From an uncultured Candidatus Saccharibacteria bacterium (GTDB taxonomy: Bacteria > Patescibacteriota > Minisyncoccia > Phycocordibacterales > UBA918), in assembly GCA_964350735.1 (NCBI GenBank), contig CAYGKO010000003.1, forward strand, positions 1 through 50,451: a stretch of 50,451 nt of DNA. Direction: 5' to 3'. Under the pieces are notes generated by a model. It had not been told where the DNA came from and made no database searches. It saw nothing but the letters and a program-made list of their open reading frames with translations. The number at the start of each line of letters is the position of its first letter. The first letter of the stretch is position 1. Positions 37,601 to 44,156 of this stretch are shown here, one piece after another. Made by a program: the position numbers and the translations under genes.

Positions 37601-37903
37601 CGCACGTAGCGGTGCGTCGTACGTTAACTTGTTTTCCTTAGCGAATTGCGGCGTACACTTTGGTGCGCCCATTTCATACTTCTTAAAGACTAATTCAAAT
37701 TTCTTATCTGAGTAGTCAGCAATCGGAGAAAACTCCTTGAATACATCCTTGAGTCCGTTCTCAACAAACCACTTGAAAGATTCAAGCTGTGGTTCGATCA
37801 GGTTCGGTAGCTCTACTCGTGGGCCTCGGTTGTGTGCAAATGTCTTCGCTGGCAGTGAGCCAACTGAAGGAGCATTTCGCAAAGCATCGCCTTTGGTATC
37901 CAT
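34685..37903 (-). CDS. rpoB: DNA-directed RNA polymerase subunit beta
   Basis: [20 protein letters not shown] and [28 protein letters not shown]. 1072 aa. Confidence 0.97.
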   Translation of the reverse strand: [1072 protein letters not shown]

Positions 37904-38096
37904 AACGCTTACATGAATTATGTGACAAACAAACAGACGTAAAAATCGCCGCTGACGCGGTGTTATATTCGTTTATTTATTTATGCACGGTTACTAATTT
38001 GCATCACAATTGTGATAACGTTCTCCCAAACGTTTTATCCCCAACTTTCCTACCTAGCACCCGTGACTCACTCAGATAGTTGTGTTAGTGGCAGAG

Positions 38097-38124
38097 ATTG
38101 TAACAAACATCACTGATTTTGCAA
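38097..38124 (-). promoter_or_regulatory. Sigma-70-like promoter for rpoBC
   Basis: On the minus strand: TTGCAA (38124-38119), a 16-nt spacer, then TACAAT (38102-38097). It implies a leader of about 185 nt containing the palindrome ATCACAATTGTGAT (38003-38016). Confidence 0.5.
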
Positions 38125-38225
38125 GTAAATGTGACGGGGTTTGTTGACAAATAATTAATTTTGTAGCATTTTAATCTACGAACAGTCCTTAGTGGCCCTG
38201 CCACGTTATTACGGAGTATTAGCCA

Positions 38226-38768
38226 ATGCTACTACAAGCATACGAATCCTCACGAGTTTTCTACGGTCAGATGGCAGATCTTGAATTGCTGTCGGTCCTT
38301 TTCGACCGAGAAATCCGCGGCGTTCATTGCGACATTGAGGGTCACACCCTGGTCTACCAGACCATCGATCAGGTTCGGGGCTTCATGCACCCGATTCTAC
38401 TTGCCAAATGGGGCCCGAACTTCAGGAGTTGGGGGATCACCCATCGTCAAGATCAAGCAGTTCCAGCCATTCTGGTATGCGGCCTAACTCCGCAAGACCT
38501 CTTCGTCTATCGTGATTGGGAAGGGATTGATATCGACAATCCAGCAGAGGGTTGGTTCGTCGAAAAGATCATCGGGATCCAAATGCGCGACAGTATCTGG
38601 GCAACAACCGAAACCTTCCAGCCTGAACATGAGTGGCACGAGCCAGAGGCTGCCCATTTCGATGAGCACGGCATGTCTCGCTTCTGGCTTCCTCGTGATG
38701 AAGTACTCGATCATGCCCGGAAAATCGGCGCAGAAAAACGGCTTGAGTTCTTGCAAAGCTACAGCTAA
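38226..38768 (+). CDS. Hypothetical Trp-rich cytoplasmic protein (180 aa), no recognisable family
   Basis: An ORF followed by its own terminator. It is the only plus-strand gene between rpoB and trmD. I recognised no motifs. Confidence 0.55.
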   Translation: MLLQAYESSRVFYGQMADLELLSVLFDREIRGVHCDIEGHTLVYQTIDQVRGFMHPILLAKWGPNFRSWGITHRQDQAVPAILVCGLTPQDLFVYRDWEGIDIDNPAEGWFVEKIIGIQMRDSIWATTETFQPEHEWHEPEAAHFDEHGMSRFWLPRDEVLDHARKIGAEKRLEFLQSYS

Positions 38769-38785
38769 ATCTCAAACGCAGCTCC

Positions 38786-38824
38786 GGCCGCGCGGACATC
38801 ACCGCGCGGTCGTATTTTATTTTC
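38786..38824 (+). terminator. Intrinsic terminator of the 38226..38768 gene
   Basis: A 10-bp GC stem GGCCGCGCGG/CCGCGCGGTC with a 6-nt loop, then GTATTTTATTTT. It overlaps the trmD stop. Confidence 0.65.
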
Positions 38825-39497
38825 CTCGTCGTTTATCTATCTCCGCGTGATTCCCTCCCACAAATACTTCCGGGACCTTGTATTGCTTCTTTTTGTATTC
38901 TAAAGTTTCGGGTCGAGTGTAACACTCACCGGTGGTGGGACGTTGATCTTCGAGCGACTCGTAGCTACCGAGTACGCCTGGGATTTCGCGCGCCACGGCG
39001 TCGATGATAGTCAGCGCCGGTAGCTCGCCACCGGTCAGGATGTAATCTCCCACACTCACCTCTTCAGCCTTAGTGATTGTATTTACCCGGTGATCAATTC
39101 CCTCGTACCGGCCAGCAATCAATACTACGTGATCGTATTGCTTCGCCAGCTGTTTAGCCATCTTTTGATCAAACTGTTTCCCCCGCGGTGACATGATCAG
39201 CGTCTTCACTTTCTTTTCTTTCAGTGCCTTAGTCTTGCGACCCACCGCTTTATCCCACGCCTTCAGAACTGGCTCGGCTGTCATCACCATACCGGGCCCG
39301 CCACCATATGGCTTGTTATCTACTTTCCGATGTTTATCGGTCGTAAACTCTCGTGGATCATAATACGCAACCGTCATTTTCTTCCCTCGCACCTTAGCCC
39401 CCTTCCCCTTATCAGTCTTCTGCGCTCGTCCTAAAACACTCGCATCAGTGTATGCGCGGCAAACCTCTGGAAAGATAGTGATAACGTGAAAATTCAT
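38817..39497 (-). CDS. trmD: tRNA (guanine37-N1)-methyltransferase
   Basis: MNFHVITIFPE..., SVGDYILTGGELPALTIIDAVAR, GGNHAEI. Confidence 0.9.
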   Translation of the reverse strand: MNFHVITIFPEVCRAYTDASVLGRAQKTDKGKGAKVRGKKMTVAYYDPREFTTDKHRKVDNKPYGGGPGMVMTAEPVLKAWDKAVGRKTKALKEKKVKTLIMSPRGKQFDQKMAKQLAKQYDHVVLIAGRYEGIDHRVNTITKAEEVSVGDYILTGGELPALTIIDAVAREIPGVLGSYESLEDQRPTTGECYTRPETLEYKKKQYKVPEVFVGGNHAEIDKRRGK

Positions 39498-39616
39498 AGT
39501 ATAGCTACTGTAACTCAGATCGTAGTTTCATCCAAAGCTTTCCCTCCTGGTTTTCAATAAAATTAATGTCTCGCGTATTCATATCTTAGCCTAAATATAA
39601 TTATTCGATTGTTTAC

Positions 39617-40268
39617 TCATTGTATGCTCATAACACAAAGTCCAAACAGTATAAAGATTAAAGAAACGACACTATTAAGAAATGATTTTGCCTGCTGTAA
39701 CTCATATTTATGATTTATATTTTTCCATTGCCAGTATGTAGCTGCAAGAAACAGTACATACATACCAATCAATAATATGGGCAAAAAAGTAACCGGTATT
39801 GGCTCATTCGCAGCTGGGTTGAGTAAAACTAATACTATTACAGATAATCCGATCCTGAGTACACTCTGACCATAAGTCCAGTACATTGATAACTTTTTTT
39901 GCTCTAAATTCAATTCCCAGTTAGAAACCAATATCCCAGCGATACTAAAAGATGACAGCGCTAAAATCGAAGCTAGCAAGACAATATGATCATCGACTGA
40001 AACGTTGGCGATATACAAGCAGTAGCGGAAAAAATACAATTAATGAGAAAAAGCGTAACAGCTTATTGTGACGTACTTTTTGATTGAACACGAAGTGAAC
40101 TACAGTGCATTGCCAAAAAACCCCTAGCAAATAGTACGCAATCACACTAATCAACTCTGGTTTGAGGGTCGTGAAAAATGATGTTACAAGATAGCAAATT
40201 ATATAAACTTCAATAGCAGTATTGCTTATCAAAGAAGTTAATCGTCTATCAGAATACTCAATTTTCAT
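39617..40268 (-). pseudogene. AT-rich multi-pass membrane protein gene split by a 1-nt frame change at a homopolymer (track ORFs 39990..40268 and 39617..40039)
   Basis: The two ORFs overlap by 50 nt in adjacent frames. Removing one T from the minus-strand T6 run (plus-strand A6, 40029-40034) joins them into a single ~215-aa membrane protein. The second ORF has only a TTG start. Confidence 0.45.
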
Positions 40269-40320
40269 AAAAATATAAATTTTCTATAATCAGCAATGAT
40301 ACTAATGACAAAATCCTAGC

Positions 40321-40362
40321 ATAGAAAAAGAGCAGCACCGATAGGTGCTGCTCTTTTTCTAT
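40321..40362. terminator. Perfect 19-bp bidirectional terminator hairpin
   Basis: ATAGAAAAAGAGCAGCACC-GATA-GGTGCTGCTCTTTTTCTAT. Confidence 0.65.
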
Positions 40363-40423
40363 CAAGCTAATCGATGTAATTTGAAATTTACACATTAAAT
40401 GAAGAGTGAGATGAAATGCATTA

Positions 40424-40440
40424 CCTCAAGATCTAGACTG
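40424..40440 (+). repeat. Left arm of a 17-bp perfect inverted repeat
   Basis: CCTCAAGATCTAGACTG is the exact reverse complement of 40608-40624. Confidence 0.9.
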
Positions 40441-40461
40441 AGTAGAGTTCGAGGAAGGTAA

Positions 40462-40507
40462 GAAAAAAGACCCGAGTGGGACGAAAGTCCAGTGAGGGTC
40501 TTTTTTC
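40462..40507. terminator. Bidirectional terminator hairpin
   Basis: GAAAAAAGACCC ... GGGTCTTTTTTC, with an inner GGAC-GAAA-GTCC. Confidence 0.65.
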
Positions 40508-40607
40508 GCAGTCTGGTCCAGGAATTTGCTCTAGGAACAGAGTAAATTCGGACATAAATTCAGAATAGTCGCTTGCGCTCCTTTCTTCATTTAACAAAGA
40601 AATCTGC

Positions 40608-40624
40608 CAGTCTAGATCTTGAGG
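40608..40624 (+). repeat. Right arm of the 17-bp inverted repeat; overlaps the KH gene stop codon
   Basis: CAGTCTAGATCTTGAGG. The KH protein stop (40612-40614) lies inside the repeat. Confidence 0.9.
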
Positions 40625-40974
40625 TCGTCGATAGCTTCGTCGAGGGATTTGGGAGCTGTAACCTCCTCCGGTGTCGGCTCCATTGAATTCTCAACATCGC
40701 TATTCATAGTCATACCTTTACCACCCTCTGGCTCGTTGATCTTCAGATTCACCCGGGCATCGTGCTTCATCCCCACCACGCGCAAAAGAGTTCGGATCGC
40801 TTTTGCGGTATTTCCACTGCGGCCGATAATCTTTCCCATATCTTCAGCGTGCACGTCAAGCGTGAGCAGGACTCCCATTTCATCAACCGTGCGATTTACC
40901 GCTACCGCGTCCGGATTATCTACCAAGGCCTTTACTAGTGTCTCTAGAAATTGCTGATCTTCATGCATATCCAT
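40612..40974 (-). CDS. KH-domain RNA-binding protein (YlqC/UPF0109 type)
   Basis: LVKALVDNPDAVAV...GKIIGRSGNTAKAIRTLL (a GxxG loop). It occupies the conserved position after rpsP. Confidence 0.85.
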   Translation of the reverse strand: MDMHEDQQFLETLVKALVDNPDAVAVNRTVDEMGVLLTLDVHAEDMGKIIGRSGNTAKAIRTLLRVVGMKHDARVNLKINEPEGGKGMTMNSDVENSMEPTPEEVTAPKSLDEAIDDLKI

Positions 40975-41027
40975 ACGTAAGGTGTATTAGTTTGTTAAGC
41001 GATACTAAAAAGTATACTGCTATCTAA

Positions 41028-41056
41028 ATAGTACGAGACACTCAGACACACGTCAA
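41028..41056 (-). promoter_or_regulatory. Sigma-70-like promoter for the KH gene
   Basis: On the minus strand: TTGACG (41056-41051), a 17-nt spacer, then TACTAT (41033-41028). Confidence 0.4.
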
Positions 41057-41086
41057 CAGCCGCCCGGGCAAAAGCCGGGCGGCTGT
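41056..41086 (-). other. GC-rich perfect 12-bp hairpin
   Basis: ACAGCCGCCCGG-GCAAAAG-CCGGGCGGCTGT. Confidence 0.6.
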
Positions 41087-41089
41087 AAC

Positions 41090-41117
41090 CTCTTGGTATC
41101 ATGTATGATACCAAGAG
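41090..41117 (-). repeat. Hairpin nearly identical to the one at 23054-23081
   Basis: CTCTTGGTATCA-TGTA-TGATACCAAGAG. It matches GTCTTGGTATCA-TGCG-TGATACCAAGAC at 24 of 28 positions. Confidence 0.8.
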
Positions 41118-41154
41118 CATTTATGTCGGCAGCTTCTTAGCCACGCCTCTAAAG

Positions 41155-41190
41155 AAAAAATCTTATCATATATGTATGATAAGATTTTTT
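41155..41190 (-). terminator. Perfect 16-bp A/T-flanked hairpin; intrinsic terminator directly after rpsP
   Basis: AAAAAATCTTATCATA-TATG-TATGATAAGATTTTTT. Confidence 0.7.
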
Positions 41191-41210
41191 CTTTTGTGAA
41201 GTAGGAAACA

Positions 41211-41681
41211 CTAGTCTTTCTTTTCTTCTTCAGCTTCCTCGGCGACAACTTCTTCGGCCGGAGCCTCTGCAGTTACCTCCTCAGCAGGAGTTTCGTCAGT
41301 AGACGGTTCTGCTTCAGTTTCAGCTGGGGCTTCAGCAGCTACTTTTTCAGCTTCTGCTTTCGCCGCCGCTTCTTCTTCAGCCCGCTTCACAGCTTCTTCG
41401 TCTACAATCGGTGACTTTTTAGGGAGAGCATTTATTTTTTTACCCTCTATCACCTTTTGACCGACGAGAATATTGTGCACGGTATCTGAAGGCTGCACAC
41501 CCTTTGACAGCCAGTCCTTGGCCTTATCAGCATCAATTTGAATATGATTTAGCTTTGGATTGTATGAACCCAAGATATCAATATTCTTGTTGCTTTTTGG
41601 ACCAGTCCGCTTATCGACAACCACAACCCGATAACTAGGATCGTTTTTGCGGCCGACTCGTTGTAATCTCATCATTAACAT
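41211..41681 (-). CDS. rpsP: 30S ribosomal protein S16 with an Ala/Glu-rich C-terminal extension
   Basis: MRLQRVGRKNDPSYRVVVVDKR... Three in-frame ATGs lie at 41681, 41675 and 41672. The last ~65 aa form an acidic, low-complexity tail. Confidence 0.9.
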   Translation of the reverse strand: MLMMRLQRVGRKNDPSYRVVVVDKRTGPKSNKNIDILGSYNPKLNHIQIDADKAKDWLSKGVQPSDTVHNILVGQKVIEGKKINALPKKSPIVDEEAVKRAEEEAAAKAEAEKVAAEAPAETEAEPSTDETPAEEVTAEAPAEEVVAEEAEEEKKD

Positions 41682-41732
41682 AACGGCGCAACAATACTAT
41701 ATAGATAGAGATTTAGCAAGGAGTGGTTTGGC

Positions 41733-41759
41733 AAAAAAAGACCGCGCCGGGGCGCGGTC
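41733..41759 (-). terminator. Intrinsic terminator located upstream of the rpsP start (candidate attenuator)
   Basis: GACCGCGCC-GG-GGCGCGGTC (41740-41759), followed on the minus strand by T7 (plus-strand A-run 41733-41739). No minus-strand CDS lies upstream of it. Confidence 0.55.
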
Positions 41760-41995
41760 AGTTCGACAGGGAGGGGGTGGACATCTCCCTCCAAAACACT
41801 TTTGTTAGAAAATGTCCTAAGGAATTGTTTATTAAGAAGAAAGATGATGGCGACACTCCGTCGATACTTTAATAACAGAGAATTCTAATAATTTGAATTC
41901 GACAAGTGCGCAACTAGTCGCCATCACTTCTACTACAAGGTACGTGCGCTAAAATCAATATACCGTTTCTTTTATATTTTTTTATCTTATAGCTA
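41760..41995 (-). promoter_or_regulatory. Candidate structured leader or small RNA upstream of rpsP
   Basis: Nested helices: TGATGGCGAC (41843-41852) with GTCGCCATCA (41917-41926), inner GTCGA/TCGAC, and GAATTC/GAATTC. There is also a GGAGGG/CCCTCC hairpin next to the terminator. A possible promoter is TTGACA (42025-42020) with TACTAT (42004-41999), but the spacer is only 15 nt. Confidence 0.3.
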
Positions 41996-42017
41996 GAATA
42001 GTAATAAAATTATTCCA

Positions 42018-42046
42018 TTGTCAACACAGCCCTAAAAAGGTAGAGT
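42018..42046 (+). promoter_or_regulatory. Possible promoter for rnr giving a near-leaderless mRNA
   Basis: TTGTCA (42018-42023), a 17-nt spacer, then TAGAGT (42041-42046). The ATG at 42057 is only 10 nt after the -10 element, and there is no SD site. Confidence 0.3.
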
Positions 42047-42056
42047 TAGGCACTTT

Positions 42057-43991
42057 ATGACAGAAACAAAAACCTATACGGGGACCATCCTCGTTCGTGG
42101 CAAAGGCACTGGCTTTGTCGCCGTCGAAAACTTTTTAGAAGATATTGTAATCAATCGAGACAACCTCTCGTTTGGACTTGATGGTGACCAGGTGGAAATT
42201 GAGTTACTACCCGAAAAACCTGGCGATCGCCGCGAAGGAAAAGTAGTCAAAGTAGTCGAGTCTGCCCGTACTGAGTTCATCGGTACTATCAAGAAACGAG
42301 ACGACCGCGACTCACTGTACCTCTCCCCTGACAACCACCGGATTCACGTTCGTCCACTCCTACCTGACGCTACGGCGGCTGATCTTGGTATGAAAGTAGT
42401 GGCACAGATCAAAAACTGGCAATCACCCCACATCGACCCGGTTGGTGAAGTGATCGAAACCCTTGGCAAAGCTGGTGATCACGAAACTGAAATGCAAGCC
42501 ATCATTCGCGGTGGTGGATTTTCTGAAAACTTCGCTGAACCTATCTCAGCAGCTGCGCACGAGCTATACAAGAACCAGGAGCAAATCTTCGCTGATGCTT
42601 TGAAAGACCCCAAGCGAAAAGACCTGCGTGGCATTACCACCATGACCATCGACCCGCATGACGCTAAAGACTTTGACGATGCGTTGTCACTAGAAAAACT
42701 TGAGAATGGTAACTACTCAGTCGGTATCCATATCGCAGACGTCTCTCATTATGTTGAAGACGGTGGACACATTGACATGGAAGCGCGTGACCGTGGTACT
42801 TCTATCTACTTAGTCGACCGGGTTATCCCAATGCTCCCGGAAGTGCTTAGTAACGACCTCTGTTCCCTTCGCCCCGACGAAGACCGCCTGGCTTTCTCAG
42901 CTGTATTCGAACTTACTATAAAAGGTGAGATCAAAGACGCTTGGTACGGCCAGACCATCATTCACTCTGACAAGCGCTTCTCCTACGAAGATGCGCAGCA
43001 AGTCCTCGACGACCAGGCTGGTGAATATCTTGATGAATTGAACACCATGATGACTATTGGTCGAGAGCTGCGCCAGAAGCGGTACAAGAATGGTGCCATT
43101 GCCTTTGAGCAACCCGAAGTAAAATTTGAGCTCGACGAAAATGGTACTCCGATCCGCGCCTACACCAAAGTCCGCACCGAGACCATGATGATGATTGAGG
43201 ACTTCATGCTGCTCGCCAACCGCGAGGTGGCCACCTTCATCCATAAACTATGCAAGGAAAAGAACAAAGACGCCGCGTTTATTTACCGGATTCATGATGT
43301 GCCCAATCCAGACAAGATCGAAGAGCTCGCGCTCTTTGTGCATGCACTTGGATATGAATTTAAAACCGAAAAAGGTCTCGTAACTGCGACCGCTATCAAT
43401 CAACTGCTCAAAGATATCGAAGGCAAGCCTGAAGAAGACCTGTTGAAGGTAGCGACGATCCGCAGCATGGCCAAAGCGGTCTACTCAACTAAGAACATCG
43501 GTCACTTTGGTCTCGCCTTCAAGTTCTATACCCACTTCACCTCACCAATCCGGCGCTACCCTGACCTCATGGCCCACCGCCTACTACGTCGCCATCTTGA
43601 TGGTTCGAATATTAGCGGTCAAGAAATCGCTAAGAACGAACGCCTCGCTACCCAATCATCAGAACGCGAAATGGAAGCAGTGAAAGCCGAGCGCGACAGC
43701 ATCAAGTACAAACAAGTTGAGTATATGATGGACAAAGTCGGGCAAGAATTCACTGGTGTGATCACTGGGGTATCTGACTGGGGTATTTATGTCGCTGAGA
43801 AAAACTCAATGAGTGAAGGAATGGTCAAACTCGCCAGTATCAAGGGCGACTACTTCGTACACGAATCAGCCAAGTACCGCGTCAAAGGTGAACGTTCTGG
43901 CAAGATCTACCGCCTTGGCGACGAAGTGCAAGTAAAGCTCACCCGCGCTGACATGGAAGAACGCCAGATTGATTTTGAGTTAATCTCCTAA
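42057..43991 (+). CDS. rnr: Ribonuclease R / RNB-family 3'-5' exoribonuclease
   Basis: The RNB catalytic motif is TIDPHDAKDFDDALS. Also HFGLAFKFYTHFTSPIRRYPDL. The C-terminal S1-like region is FTGVITGVSDWGIYVAE. Confidence 0.9.
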   Translation: MTETKTYTGTILVRGKGTGFVAVENFLEDIVINRDNLSFGLDGDQVEIELLPEKPGDRREGKVVKVVESARTEFIGTIKKRDDRDSLYLSPDNHRIHVRPLLPDATAADLGMKVVAQIKNWQSPHIDPVGEVIETLGKAGDHETEMQAIIRGGGFSENFAEPISAAAHELYKNQEQIFADALKDPKRKDLRGITTMTIDPHDAKDFDDALSLEKLENGNYSVGIHIADVSHYVEDGGHIDMEARDRGTSIYLVDRVIPMLPEVLSNDLCSLRPDEDRLAFSAVFELTIKGEIKDAWYGQTIIHSDKRFSYEDAQQVLDDQAGEYLDELNTMMTIGRELRQKRYKNGAIAFEQPEVKFELDENGTPIRAYTKVRTETMMMIEDFMLLANREVATFIHKLCKEKNKDAAFIYRIHDVPNPDKIEELALFVHALGYEFKTEKGLVTATAINQLLKDIEGKPEEDLLKVATIRSMAKAVYSTKNIGHFGLAFKFYTHFTSPIRRYPDLMAHRLLRRHLDGSNISGQEIAKNERLATQSSEREMEAVKAERDSIKYKQVEYMMDKVGQEFTGVITGVSDWGIYVAEKNSMSEGMVKLASIKGDYFVHESAKYRVKGERSGKIYRLGDEVQVKLTRADMEERQIDFELIS

Positions 43992-44039
43992 AATCAGCAA
44001 TCTGCTTTTAAAAATTTCCTTTAACTAACCATAGTAACC

Positions 44040-44078
44040 AAAACCGGCCGGAAGCTCCGCTTCCGGCCGGTTTTGTTA
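44040..44078. terminator. Perfect 16-bp bidirectional terminator
   Basis: AAAACCGGCCGGAAGC-TCC-GCTTCCGGCCGGTTTT. Confidence 0.75.
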
Positions 44079-44094
44079 TATATACAAATTTACC

Positions 44095-44147
44095 CAGACA
44101 AAACAAAGGGCCACATTTCAAGCAGCCCAATGCTGCGAAACGTGACC
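44095..44147 (-). terminator. Imperfect hairpin plus T-rich tail downstream of the HTH gene
   Basis: GGGCCACATTTC ... GAAACGTGACCC with 2 mismatches. The minus-strand tail is TTTGTTTGTCTGG. Confidence 0.4.
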
Positions 44148-44156
44148 CCGAAAGAT

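Noticed and set aside
30995-37903. Numerous 60-170-aa ORFs on both strands within rpoC and rpoB (for example 33744..34244, 35433..35843, 35997..36302)
   Set aside because: All lie inside two unambiguous, uninterrupted RNA polymerase genes. Their Ser/Arg-rich translations are typical antisense artefacts.
41733-41800. T-box riboswitch upstream of rpsP (TGACCGCG next to the terminator)
   Set aside because: Only a partial match to the T-box sequence GGGTGGNACCGCG. No specifier-loop or Stem I features were recognised, and the downstream gene is not an aminoacyl-tRNA-related gene.
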